NCBI GenBank assembly: GCA_000432835.1
Contig: FR890371.1
Location: 62,915-126,914 of the forward strand
Reading direction: 5' to 3'
DNA: 64,000 nucleotides
Origin: Clostridium sp. CAG:417
Lineage (GTDB): Bacteria; Bacillota_I; Bacilli_A; RF39; UBA660
In this document: in pieces, positions 31,169 through 40,495 of the stretch
Layout: each line of letters starts with the position of its first letter
How positions within the stretch are numbered: position 1 is the first letter of the stretch
Program-made: the position numbers and the translations under genes
Notes under the pieces: model-generated
Database searches by the model: none
What the model saw: only the letters and a program-made list of their open reading frames with translations
What the model was told of the DNA's origin: nothing

Positions 31169-31183
31169 TACTATTTTATACTC

Positions 31184-31211
31184 AAGACCTAGTACTTTAG
31201 GTCTTTTTTCT
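31184..31211 (+). terminator. Rho-independent terminator after glyQS
   Basis: AAGACCTA-gtactt-TAGGTCTT hairpin followed by TTTTCTT. Confidence 0.7.
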
Positions 31212-31264
31212 TGCATATTTTTAAATTTTATGATATAATAGCAACTACTTTAAGGGGTGTAGAT

Positions 31265-32224
31265 ATGAAGAACTTAGAAGAAGATAGTTATGGATTTATC
31301 ACAGATATTGATGATGTTGTTGGAAGTGAGGAATATCAGCAATTACCTACGGAAGAGAAGAAAAAGATTTTACTTTCCATTCTAAATACTAATAATAAGA
31401 AACTAAAAAATAATGATGAACATAGAGGAGAGTTAATAAATGTTATCTGTGATAATGGAATAGTCGAAAAGAAGAGTAAACACATTTTAGAAGAAAATGA
31501 AGAAAGCTATAATGTTTTGTCTCTTGATTTTTTGATGCAATGTGATAATTATCAAGACATGATTAGATGTGGACTTTTACCACGTAAGGATAAAGCTACT
31601 TATAATAAAGAAATGAAAAATATTTTACTTGCCGTTAGAAATGAACTTGATGCATATGAGGTTGCTAAATATGAAGATGAGGATGATTTATTTAGTGAAG
31701 AAAGGCAGAATTGTGAGAGACTTTTTTCTATATTGCTTGACTATGATGAGTATGAAGAAGAAGAAATTAAAATTGATGTTCAAAGTGATTTTCATGTAGT
31801 TTATTTACCTAATAGTGTTAGAGAACTTGATAATTCACCAATAATTAAAGATGTTTGTAAAAATTGTCAAAAAGATATTTTAGTTAGAATGATTAATTCA
31901 ATTAAAGAACAAGAATTTAAAGGATTGAAGAGATTTACTTGCCATTATTCAGAATTTTATGAACTTAGAGCTAATCAACAAAGAGTAGTTTTTCATTTTT
32001 TAATGCCTAACGTCGTAGTAGTTATTTCTGCTTTTACTAAAAAAGTAGATACTAATAAGAGATATCGTATGGAACTTAGAAATAGAGTTAATAGATATCG
32101 TAGTGTAAAAGATAAATTGAAAAAAATTATAGATAGTTCATCAAGAGAACAGTTTTTTAAGTTACAAGATGATATAGAACAACAGTTTATGAACGATATT
32201 GATAAAAAGTTAATAAAGGGGTAG
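31265..32224 (+). CDS. Hypothetical protein with an acidic N-terminal region and a C-terminal RelE/ParE (HigB/Gp49-like) toxin-fold domain
   Basis: Start at the ATG after the AAGGGG RBS. A TTGCAT-17-TATAAT promoter lies at 31211-31239. The C-terminal FYELRANQQRVVFHFLMPNVVVVISAFTKKVD matches the RelE/ParE core (yELRv..yRviy.....v.il.v.hRK). Confidence 0.4.
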   Translation: MKNLEEDSYGFITDIDDVVGSEEYQQLPTEEKKKILLSILNTNNKKLKNNDEHRGELINVICDNGIVEKKSKHILEENEESYNVLSLDFLMQCDNYQDMIRCGLLPRKDKATYNKEMKNILLAVRNELDAYEVAKYEDEDDLFSEERQNCERLFSILLDYDEYEEEEIKIDVQSDFHVVYLPNSVRELDNSPIIKDVCKNCQKDILVRMINSIKEQEFKGLKRFTCHYSEFYELRANQQRVVFHFLMPNVVVVISAFTKKVDTNKRYRMELRNRVNRYRSVKDKLKKIIDSSSREQFFKLQDDIEQQFMNDIDKKLIKG

Positions 32225-32229
32225 TTTAT

Positions 32230-34131
32230 ATGAATGAGTTATTAGTACAATTACAAAGAGATATTGCAGTTAATAGCATTGAAAAAGGTTTTTATAAAGA
32301 TTATGTGAAAGTGTGGAGCCAATTACAAACTATTTGTGATAGTGCCTTAGCAGCTAATGATGAAATTTTTAATAAAACTATTAGAGAAATAGACTTAGAT
32401 GAGTTGATTAGATTTGGTGTTATATCTTGTGATTATGAACAAAATTTGGCTTCCGTTTATAATGCAAGTGATGCTTTAGAGAAACTAGTTAATTTACGTG
32501 AACTTCGTGATAGAGGAAAACTTACTTTATTGACATATTTAAATGTAAATATGGAAGATGTAGAAGAAACTGATATAGAAAGAGTTAAAAAAAATAAAGA
32601 AGTGGCAACTGTATTTTTAAAAACTTGTTTTGATAAAAATTATATTAATAGTATTAATTGTATATGTAAAAGTGATATAGCTAGTCCTATTTTAAGATTG
32701 ATTATAGAAATTAAAAAATTAAAACAGGAAAAATTTACTAGGGAGGAATTATTAACTTCAACCTTTCTTGCTAAAAAAATGGATGGCTTTGATGTTGTGG
32801 ATGTAACAGATGATTTAATGCATTCCTTAATTTATTTTGAAATGGTCGATGCAGAAGTTATTTGTATTACGAGAGATGAAATAATACCTAAATATAAAGA
32901 AAAAATTAGCAATATAAATAAAGTTCAGAAGAAAAAGGAAAAAGAAGTAAAAGCCTTTAAGCATCTCCAAAAGAAAATTGATGAAGGACAAGTAACTGGA
33001 GATGAAATAGGCAGATTTTTCGAAGATTTTGATATTAGTGAAAGAATGCAAGTTAATATATTAGAAGATGCTGTTTCTCATAATATTTCTTTTGTAAAAG
33101 TGCATGAACAAACATTAACAAAAGATAAAAAATATAAACAATTATTTTTAAAATATAGATATGATTATGATAAGATAGATGACGATTTCAAAAAGATTAT
33201 TGAAACAATAGATCTAGGTGCTTTAGAAGATAAATTTACTGTTTTGGCTAAAACGGGAATATGTCTTACTTATAGTAACTTAAGTTATATTTTACAAAAA
33301 GATATTACAGGTGATTTAGGGTTAATTGAAATGCTTTTAAATCGTAAATATATTAATACTAAATTTATAAATAATAATATAGATATATTAGTTGATAATG
33401 AGGAACTAAAGAAGGTATGTGATAACATTTTATTATTAGCAGATAATGGTGCATATGATATAGATCACATTAATTATAAAGTACTTAGATATGAAAATTC
33501 ATATTTAAAAGCTATATTAGATTTATATCATATCTATGATATTAGTATTTGTGGTAATGTAGACTTAGCAAAATTACTTGATGTTAAAAATTTTGATATA
33601 ATTGATTCGTTAATAGAAGAAAATATAGATAAAAATGTTATTGAAGAAATACTTTGTAGAGATGATGCTTTAAATATAGTTAAAAGAATTCATATTAATA
33701 ATTTAATAGAAGCAGATTCTTTAAATGATGATGGTAGTTTAGGTAATGAAGTTAAGAGCAATAAGTTTTTTGTAGCTAATAGTAATTTAGATAAACTATC
33801 TTGTAATCATGTTAGTGAATTTCAAAATAGTGATATAAGAGAGTTATTTTCTCTTTCACCAAGATTAGATATTAGTGAAGAGATTATTAATAGTAATTTT
33901 ATAAAATATATGGATGAAAATTATTTAGACCAGGGAAATTACAATATAGGAGGAAATATAATTTCTAGAGTGAAGGTACTTAGAAATTTAGAATGTCTTA
34001 AAAATACAGCTAATCTTAATGAAGAAGCTTTGTTTGATAGTATAATTTATAATTCAATGTTATCAGTTGATGAATTATATACTATTAAAGATAGTTTGCA
34101 GGGCAAAGACAAAAAGCGTCTAATTGTGTAA
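32230..34131 (+). CDS. Large hypothetical protein (633 aa)
   Basis: Starts 6 nt after the preceding gene (operonic). No recognisable motif. Confidence 0.4.
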   Translation: MNELLVQLQRDIAVNSIEKGFYKDYVKVWSQLQTICDSALAANDEIFNKTIREIDLDELIRFGVISCDYEQNLASVYNASDALEKLVNLRELRDRGKLTLLTYLNVNMEDVEETDIERVKKNKEVATVFLKTCFDKNYINSINCICKSDIASPILRLIIEIKKLKQEKFTREELLTSTFLAKKMDGFDVVDVTDDLMHSLIYFEMVDAEVICITRDEIIPKYKEKISNINKVQKKKEKEVKAFKHLQKKIDEGQVTGDEIGRFFEDFDISERMQVNILEDAVSHNISFVKVHEQTLTKDKKYKQLFLKYRYDYDKIDDDFKKIIETIDLGALEDKFTVLAKTGICLTYSNLSYILQKDITGDLGLIEMLLNRKYINTKFINNNIDILVDNEELKKVCDNILLLADNGAYDIDHINYKVLRYENSYLKAILDLYHIYDISICGNVDLAKLLDVKNFDIIDSLIEENIDKNVIEEILCRDDALNIVKRIHINNLIEADSLNDDGSLGNEVKSNKFFVANSNLDKLSCNHVSEFQNSDIRELFSLSPRLDISEEIINSNFIKYMDENYLDQGNYNIGGNIISRVKVLRNLECLKNTANLNEEALFDSIIYNSMLSVDELYTIKDSLQGKDKKRLIV

Positions 34132-34184
34132 TATTTATTTTCAAAAACTAATAGTTGTGCTATTCTAAGAATGATGGAGGCAGT

Positions 34185-35210
34185 ATGAATAAGTTAGAAT
34201 TTGATGAAAGCGTTAAAGTTTTGGAAGTTGGCGTAATTGGGAGTAGTAGATTATTTAATTCTAATGGTAATGATAAAAGTTATGTTTTAGGAAACATTAG
34301 TTTTTTATATGATCAAGATAGAGTTTTAGTAGAGGGCTCTGACATTTATGATATAAGTAATGAAGTGATGATAAGTTATCCTAATAATAATTTTGGTATC
34401 TTAAGACTTGATGATAAATTATCTATAGAAAATAAGGAAGGCTTTATAGCGTTTGTTTGTGCGGCTAGGGATAAATTTAGAAAAAGAGATATTTCTTATG
34501 ATGATTTTTATGAGGCTTTGGAAAGAGTGACTTCGGTTCTTATTAGTAAATATAATCTTAGAGTTAGTACTGATGAGTGGATGAGGAGTAATGATCAACT
34601 TTCTAAAAAATATTTTAATACAATTAAAAAGAATGCCCATTTAACTTTTAGAAAAACAGGTAAGAAGGCTTATGAACAGAATTGTAATCAAACACTTAGG
34701 AGAAACTTGATAGAATTTGATAATTGTGTTAATCCGTTTATGAGTAATAAATATAGTTCTTCACAAATGGAGGATGCTTTAAGAAAGATGGAGATTTCAT
34801 TTGATACTAATAATAGTGATGGTTCTGTTGTTACAATAAGTGATCTTGAAACTAATAATTATGTTACATATAGAAGAGCAAATGATGGCTTTAGTTATGG
34901 ACTTACTTATAAAGATTCAAGTGATATGATATTTTCTTTATTTCATACATTTAATTTAGATAATAGTAATTCAATGTATGATGGTGAATATATAAAATAT
35001 GAATTTGGAAGTAATGATTATAATATTACTCCTACAACTACTATATATAATTTAACCCATAATATAATTCAACATAATAGTGGGGCTATTGTTGATGCTA
35101 GTGTTGATGATAAGATAGAAATGTATCAACATTTAATTACAGCTAATGCTTATGCAGCGCAAGTTACTTTGGATAATGTATCTAAAGGATATAGTTATTC
35201 AAAAAAATAG
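34185..35210 (+). CDS. Hypothetical protein
   Basis: Start at the ATG after the GGAGG RBS (MNKLEFDES...). No recognisable motif. Confidence 0.4.
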   Translation: MNKLEFDESVKVLEVGVIGSSRLFNSNGNDKSYVLGNISFLYDQDRVLVEGSDIYDISNEVMISYPNNNFGILRLDDKLSIENKEGFIAFVCAARDKFRKRDISYDDFYEALERVTSVLISKYNLRVSTDEWMRSNDQLSKKYFNTIKKNAHLTFRKTGKKAYEQNCNQTLRRNLIEFDNCVNPFMSNKYSSSQMEDALRKMEISFDTNNSDGSVVTISDLETNNYVTYRRANDGFSYGLTYKDSSDMIFSLFHTFNLDNSNSMYDGEYIKYEFGSNDYNITPTTTIYNLTHNIIQHNSGAIVDASVDDKIEMYQHLITANAYAAQVTLDNVSKGYSYSKK

Positions 35211-35211
35211 T

Positions 35212-35240
35212 TGACTTTTACTAGAGTTTATCATATACTA
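35212..35240 (+). promoter_or_regulatory. sigma-A promoter (TTGACT, 17 nt spacer, TATACT) for the infC-rpmI-rplT operon
   Basis: -35 at 35212-35217 and -10 at 35235-35240. Confidence 0.5.
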
Positions 35241-35337
35241 ATAACAGTTAAGAAATGGAAAGAGATTTATATCCACCTGATTGCTGTTAGTAGCGATGGG
35301 TAAATGCCTTTAGAAAACTGGTGTTTTCAATTGTGTT

Positions 35338-35373
35338 TAAAAGCGGATATGAATTATCTGCTTTTCTTATTTT
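35338..35373 (+). promoter_or_regulatory. Leader hairpin plus U-tract (attenuator) directly upstream of infC, consistent with an L20-responsive leader
   Basis: AAAGCGGATA-tgaat-TATCTGCTTTT hairpin followed by CTTATTTT inside a roughly 135-nt leader. In Bacillus-type organisms L20 binds the infC leader and causes termination. Confidence 0.4.
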
Positions 35374-35922
35374 ATGGAGGTGTTAGTTATCGCAAACGGT
35401 AAGAACGATTTGCCTATCAACGAACAGATTAGAGCAAAAGAAGTTTTGGTGGTTGGACCTAAGGGTGAACAAGTAGGGGTTAAAAACATAAAAGATGCTT
35501 TAACACTTGCTAGTTATGCTAATTTAGATTTAGTCTTAATTAGTCCTAATGCTAATCCACCAGTATGTAAAGTAATGGATTATAATAAATTCCGTTATGA
35601 AAAACAAAAGAAACAAAAGGAAGCATTAAAGAAACAAAAAGCTAGTAGATCTGAATTGAAAGAATTTAGATTATCACCAACTATTGATGTTGGAGACTTT
35701 GAAACAAAACTTCGCAATGTCATCAAATACTTAGAAAAAGGTGACAGAATTAAGGTATCAGTTCGTTTTAGAGGACGTCAAATGGCTCATACTGAGCTTG
35801 GTGAAGAAGTATTAATGCGTTTTTCTTCTAAACTAGAAGAGTATGCTGATATACAAGAAAAACCAAAATTAGAGGGTAGACAGATGACAATGTTACTAGT
35901 ACCTAAGAAAGATAAAAAATAA
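35374..35922 (+). CDS. infC: Translation initiation factor IF-3
   Basis: Conserved IF3 N-domain (INEQIRAKEVLVVGPKGEQVGV) and C-domain (KQKKQKE...EFRLSP.ID.GDFETK). The listed ATG sits inside the SD-like ATGGAGGTG; the true start is possibly the ATC at 35389, a non-canonical start typical of infC. Confidence 0.85.
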   Translation: MEVLVIANGKNDLPINEQIRAKEVLVVGPKGEQVGVKNIKDALTLASYANLDLVLISPNANPPVCKVMDYNKFRYEKQKKQKEALKKQKASRSELKEFRLSPTIDVGDFETKLRNVIKYLEKGDRIKVSVRFRGRQMAHTELGEEVLMRFSSKLEEYADIQEKPKLEGRQMTMLLVPKKDKK

Positions 35923-35937
35923 TAGGAGGAATTAAAT

Positions 35938-36126
35938 ATGCCAAAAATTAAAACACATAAAGGAACAGCCAAAGTTCTAAAAGTTAGAAAAAGTGGAAAA
36001 GTAAAAATTTATTGCCCAGGTTCTCGTCATAACACAGGTAGTAAAAACGCTAAATTCAATAGAAAAAATAGAAAAGGAAATAGTTTAAGTAAAGCTGATC
36101 ATAACAGATTAAAAAACTTAATCTAA
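35938..36126 (+). CDS. rpmI: 50S ribosomal protein L35
   Basis: MPKIKTHKGTAKVLKVRKSGKVK is canonical L35. Confidence 0.92.
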   Translation: MPKIKTHKGTAKVLKVRKSGKVKIYCPGSRHNTGSKNAKFNRKNRKGNSLSKADHNRLKNLI

Positions 36127-36149
36127 GATAAGTAAGAGGAGGAAGAAAG

Positions 36150-36731
36150 ATGGCAAGAGTAAAAAATGGAGCTGTTACTAAGGCTCGTCATAAGAAAGTA
36201 TTAAAACAAGCAAAAGGATACTTTGGTAGTAAACATCGTTTATATAAAACTGCAAAAGAACAATTAATGCATTCAGGACAATATGCATTCCGTGATCGTA
36301 AACAAAAGAAGAGAGATTTCCGTAAATTATGGATTACAAGAATTAATGCTGCTTGTCGTGAAAATGAAATTAGTTATTCAAGATTTATTGAAGGACTTAA
36401 CAAAGCAGGTGTTGAAGTTAACCGTAAAATGTTATCTGAAATAGCTATTAATGATCCTAAGGCTTTCAGTGAATTAGTAAAAGTTGCTAAAGATGGAAAA
36501 GCTGGTAAGATTGCTGCTAACAAGAGTGAAAATACTAAAGAAGTAACTATTAACAAAACAGCAAGTAAGAAAACAAAAAAAGAAACAGTAAAGAAAGCTG
36601 TTAAAGAAGAAGTAAAGGATGTTGATTACAGTAAAATGACTGTTGCTGAATTAAAAGAAGTTGCAAAAGAAAAAAATATTAATGTAACGGGTATGAAAAA
36701 AGCAGAAATAGTTGCTGAATTAAGTAAATAA
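36150..36731 (+). CDS. rplT: 50S ribosomal protein L20 with a roughly 75-aa C-terminal extension
   Basis: L20 core ([19 protein letters not shown]...[12 protein letters not shown]). Extension ends ...[31 protein letters not shown], a Rho-N/SAP-like helix-loop-helix. Confidence 0.9.
   Translation: MARVKNGAVTKARHKKVLKQAKGYFGSKHRLYKTAKEQLMHSGQYAFRDRKQKKRDFRKLWITRINAACRENEISYSRFIEGLNKAGVEVNRKMLSEIAINDPKAFSELVKVAKDGKAGKIAANKSENTKEVTINKTASKKTKKETVKKAVKEEVKDVDYSKMTVAELKEVAKEKNINVTGMKKAEIVAELSK
36507..36731 (+). other. C-terminal Rho-N/SAP-like extension of L20 (domain-level annotation)
   Basis: Residues about 120-193 beyond the canonical roughly 118-aa L20. Lys/Glu-rich linker then [31 protein letters not shown]. 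Confidence 0.5.
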
Positions 36732-36824
36732 AAAAATAGACATATAAGTTATTTTCTTGCCTAGTGCCTATATGGTGGTAAGTTATAAGACTTGTAGATG
36801 AAAAAAACAAAAGGAGAAAAATAT

Positions 36825-37736
36825 ATGAGTACAATTGTATCAATGAATTATTTATTAGAAGCTGGTGTTCATTTCGGACATCAAAGAAGAAGATGGAATC
36901 CAAAAATGAAGGAATACATCTATACTACAAGAGATGATATTTATATTATCGATTTAACAAAAACAGTTAAGAAGTTAGAAGAAGCATATGAAGCTATGAA
37001 AAAGATTGCTGAAGAGGGTGGAAGGGTTTTATTTGTAGGTACAAAGAAACAAGCTCAAGAAGCAGCTGAAGAATGTGCTGTTCGTACTAATAACTATTTT
37101 GTTACTGAAAGATGGTTAGGTGGAACTCTTACAAACTTTAGAACTATTCGTTCAAGAGTACGTAGAATGGATGAAATCGATAAAATGGAAGAAGATGGAA
37201 CATTTAATCTTTTACCTAAAAAAGAAGTTATCCAAATTAAGAAAGAATATGAAAAATTAAATAAAAACTTACGTGGTATTCGTGAAATGAAGAAATTACC
37301 TCAAGCATTAGTTATTGTTGATCCACGTAAAGAAGAAAACGCTATTAAAGAAGCTCGTATTTTAGGAATACCTGTATTTGGTATTGTTGATACTAACTGT
37401 GATCCAGATTTAGTTGATTATGTTATTCCTGGTAATGATGATGCTGTTAGAGCTGTTAAATTAGTAATGGGTGTACTTACTAACGCTATTGCTGAAGTTA
37501 ATGGTAATGAAGTTGTTGATTATGTTACTGAAGATGACAAAAACAACAAAAAAAATGTAAAAAAAGAAGCAGTTAATGAAGTAAAAGAAGAAGTTAAAAA
37601 AGAAGAGAAGAAATTTTTTGAAGAAGATTTAAATACTTTAACTTTATCTGATTTAAAAAATAGAGCAAAAGAAGCTGGCGTTAAAGGCTATTCTGCAATG
37701 AAAAAAGCTGAATTAATTGAAGCTTTAGAGAAATAA
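36825..37736 (+). CDS. rpsB: 30S ribosomal protein S2 with a C-terminal Lys/Glu-rich extension
   Basis: Start at the ATG after the AAGGAG RBS ([20 protein letters not shown]). The C-terminal tail ...[30 protein letters not shown] resembles the L20 tail. Confidence 0.92.
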   Translation: MSTIVSMNYLLEAGVHFGHQRRRWNPKMKEYIYTTRDDIYIIDLTKTVKKLEEAYEAMKKIAEEGGRVLFVGTKKQAQEAAEECAVRTNNYFVTERWLGGTLTNFRTIRSRVRRMDEIDKMEEDGTFNLLPKKEVIQIKKEYEKLNKNLRGIREMKKLPQALVIVDPRKEENAIKEARILGIPVFGIVDTNCDPDLVDYVIPGNDDAVRAVKLVMGVLTNAIAEVNGNEVVDYVTEDDKNNKKNVKKEAVNEVKEEVKKEEKKFFEEDLNTLTLSDLKNRAKEAGVKGYSAMKKAELIEALEK

Positions 37737-37746
37737 GGAGATAATT

Positions 37747-38622
37747 ATGTTTAAAGCTAGTGATGTTAAGGAATTAAGAGAACGTACTGGAGCAGGTATG
37801 CTTGATTGTAAAAAAGCTTTGGATGCCTGTGAAGGTGATATGGACAAGGCTATTGATTGGTTAAGAGAAAAAGGAATTAGTAAAGCTGCTAAGAAGGAAG
37901 GACGTATTGCTGCTGAAGGTGTTTGCGTTGTTAAAGCTGAAGGTAGTAATGCAGTTATTCTTGAAGTTAACTCTGAAACTGATTTCGTAGCGCAAAACAA
38001 AGAATTCTTAGATTTTACTAATTATTTGGCAGATGTATTATTAAAAAATGATGCAACAACAGTAGAAGATGCTTTAAAAATTAATGATGGCGGAGAAACT
38101 ATTGGTGATAAGCTAATTAATTTAACAGCTAAGATTGGTGAAAAATTAAGCCTACGTCGTTTTGAAAAAGTTACTAAAACTGATGATGAGGTTTTTGGAA
38201 CTTATACTCATATGGGTGGAAAGATTGGTTCTTTAGTTGTTTTAAAGGGTGCTAATAGCGATGTTGCTAAAGATGTTTGTATGCATATAGCAGCTATGGC
38301 TCCAGTTTGTTTAAATAAAGAAGATGTTCCAGCTGATATGATAGAGCATGAAAAAACAGTAATTACAGAACAAGTTATGAATGAAGGAAAACCTCAAGAA
38401 ATAGCTTTAAAAATGGTAAACGGACGTATTAATAAATTCTATAAAGAAATTTGTTTAGCTGATCAAGAATTTATTAAAGATTCAAGTGTTAATGTTTCTA
38501 CATATGTTAAAAATAATGGTGGAGAAATTGTTAAATTTGTTAGATTTGCTGTTGGCGAAGGTATTGAGAAAAAAGAAGAGGATTTCGCTCAAGAAGTAAT
38601 GAATCAAGTAAATGGAAACTAG
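37747..38622 (+). CDS. tsf: Elongation factor Ts
   Basis: UBA-like N-terminus (VKELRERTGAGMLDCKKAL) and dimerisation domains. Confidence 0.93.
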   Translation: MFKASDVKELRERTGAGMLDCKKALDACEGDMDKAIDWLREKGISKAAKKEGRIAAEGVCVVKAEGSNAVILEVNSETDFVAQNKEFLDFTNYLADVLLKNDATTVEDALKINDGGETIGDKLINLTAKIGEKLSLRRFEKVTKTDDEVFGTYTHMGGKIGSLVVLKGANSDVAKDVCMHIAAMAPVCLNKEDVPADMIEHEKTVITEQVMNEGKPQEIALKMVNGRINKFYKEICLADQEFIKDSSVNVSTYVKNNGGEIVKFVRFAVGEGIEKKEEDFAQEVMNQVNGN

Positions 38623-38645
38623 AACCTTAGGGTTCTTTTTTTCTT
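38622..38645 (+). terminator. Rho-independent terminator after tsf
   Basis: AGAACC-ttag-GGTTCT hairpin followed by TTTTTTTCTT. Confidence 0.6.
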
Positions 38646-38699
38646 GCTTGATATACTCTTACGTGTTATGCTAAGTAATATGTGAAGGGATGGTTCGTT

Positions 38700-38948
38700 A
38701 TGAAAATCAAAAATTTAAATATTAAAAATAAAGCTGCAGTTTTAACAGCAGGAGGGATAATCTTGGGCCAAGGGGCATTTTCAGCTGCTTTCTTTGCCAA
38801 TGATAGATATCCTTTTGTAAAAAATGATTATACTGCCCATTTAGTTCAAGTTCAAGAAACTACTAAAGATGGTGATTTTACTTATCAAAAATATGCTGTA
38901 TCTTCTTATGATACAGGAGATGCTATTCTTTTGAAGAGACCATATTAA
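38700..38948 (+). CDS. Small secreted hypothetical protein with a signal peptide
   Basis: Probable start MKIKNLNIK... Hydrophobic h-region AAVLTAGGIILGQGAFSAA. Confidence 0.35.
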   Translation: MKIKNLNIKNKAAVLTAGGIILGQGAFSAAFFANDRYPFVKNDYTAHLVQVQETTKDGDFTYQKYAVSSYDTGDAILLKRPY

Positions 38949-38981
38949 GATAATACGAATGGTAAATATGAAAGAGAAGTT

Positions 38982-39353
38982 TTGATTGTTCCTAAAAAGT
39001 GTTTTTCTAATGTTGAATATCAATACACTAAAGAAAATATTGATAATCAAGAATTGCTTTTAGAACAAGATTATATTTCAGAAATTATCGATTTATCAAA
39101 TGAAGCTACCGATATGAAAATATTTACTTATGATGAAGTAGAAGAATTACCTCAAGAAAATCCATATGAGATAAGTTGCGCAACATTTGATGTTTATTTA
39201 GATGATACTATTACTGTTAATGACAGAGGAAAAGACTTCATCGTTACCTCATTATATATATCTGGTTTATTAGCCATTTTAGGAGGCGGTGTAGCTCTTA
39301 ATAAGATATTTGTCAAAGAAAAAGAAGACAGTAAAGTGAAAAAACTTAAATAG
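38982..39353 (+). CDS. Hypothetical protein (C-terminal TM helix), in frame with the preceding ORF across a single TAA
   Basis: TTG start only. The same reading frame as 38682..38948 continues with one stop codon at 38946-38948. Confidence 0.3.
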   Translation: MIVPKKCFSNVEYQYTKENIDNQELLLEQDYISEIIDLSNEATDMKIFTYDEVEELPQENPYEISCATFDVYLDDTITVNDRGKDFIVTSLYISGLLAILGGGVALNKIFVKEKEDSKVKKLK

Positions 39354-39419
39354 ACATTTTAAATATCTTTTCTTATTTTAAAACTTGGTATATAATTAAA
39401 AAGAAAGATGGAGGTAAAA

Positions 39420-40256
39420 ATGGCAAAGAAAAAAGATGTGGTTACAGTAGGGGCACCTAGTTTAAAGCCCAAGAAAAAACATATTTTTGGAAAGATTTTA
39501 TTAACGTTAATTATTGGTATTTGTTTAGGTGGAGTTATAATGTATTATTATTTAGATATATACATGAAAGATGATAAGAAAAGTGTAAATACATCAGTAC
39601 CTAAAAATAATACAAATAGTAATGAAGAAAAAGAGGTAAGTCTTCCGACTGATAGCTATGTTGTTAAAAGATTAATAACGGGAATGCATTTTGTCGATGG
39701 TACTAATATTGAAAAAGCATTATATGTTAATGAAAGAACAATTGCGAAAGATTTACCAGGGGATTTTTTGGATAATCTGTTATTAAAAGAAGCTTATAGA
39801 ACAGAGTCTAACTTCAATGAAGAAGTTAAAGTTAAAGACTTAGAACAGGCAAGAATAAACTTATTTGGAAAAAACTATGAAATAATTATTCCAACTGATA
39901 AAGAAGTAGGTAGTTGTCCAGTATTTAAATATAATACAGAAAAGAGAAGTTATAAGAGAGATAGTAGTGAGTGTAATATTACAAATGATATTTCTATTTC
40001 GTATGATGTAGTAGAGGCTCGTATTATTGAAAATAAAAGTATTACTATTTATGAGGCAGTAGCGTTTATTAAAGATGATAAAATTTATAAGAAGATAGAT
40101 GGCTCTAATAATGTATCAGATGAAGTTAAAGATGTTACTACAGATGGATTTAATGTTTTGGATAATGTTAAAAAATTAAATCAGTACAAATATACATTTA
40201 CTTATGATAAGGATAGTAATAATTATGTATTTAATAGTATAGAATTGGTGAAGTAA
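39420..40256 (+). CDS. Hypothetical membrane-anchored or secreted protein
   Basis: Start at the ATG after the GGAGGT RBS (MAKKKDVV...). One N-terminal TM helix. Confidence 0.4.
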   Translation: MAKKKDVVTVGAPSLKPKKKHIFGKILLTLIIGICLGGVIMYYYLDIYMKDDKKSVNTSVPKNNTNSNEEKEVSLPTDSYVVKRLITGMHFVDGTNIEKALYVNERTIAKDLPGDFLDNLLLKEAYRTESNFNEEVKVKDLEQARINLFGKNYEIIIPTDKEVGSCPVFKYNTEKRSYKRDSSECNITNDISISYDVVEARIIENKSITIYEAVAFIKDDKIYKKIDGSNNVSDEVKDVTTDGFNVLDNVKKLNQYKYTFTYDKDSNNYVFNSIELVK

Positions 40257-40495
40257 AATTTTATAATTATTAATTTTACAAACAATATGTTTGTATAAAT
40301 AAGAAACCCTTCCATGATGAAATAAATATAATGGAAGGATTTTTATTATGGAAAGTAGTAGATTCTTATTTAAAACGACAGACTATGGTTATAGAAATTA
40401 AAAAAATCTAGATGACAATACTTATTTAATTAGTGAGTTATAAAAAAAGAAGCAAAGTAAGATTTGCTCCATATTTTACTATAATAAATAATAAC

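Noticed and set aside
25549-35210. Idea that the whole tRNA-to-infC interval is a tRNA-targeted genomic island
   Set aside because: The core genes murI and glyQS with its T-box sit in the middle. No direct repeat of the tRNA 3' end or integrase was seen. Only the flanking unknown genes are candidates for accessory DNA.
37725-38000. 91-aa minus-strand ORF spanning the rpsB-tsf junction
   Set aside because: Antisense to two universally conserved genes. Ser/Ala/Leu-rich mirror-frame artefact.
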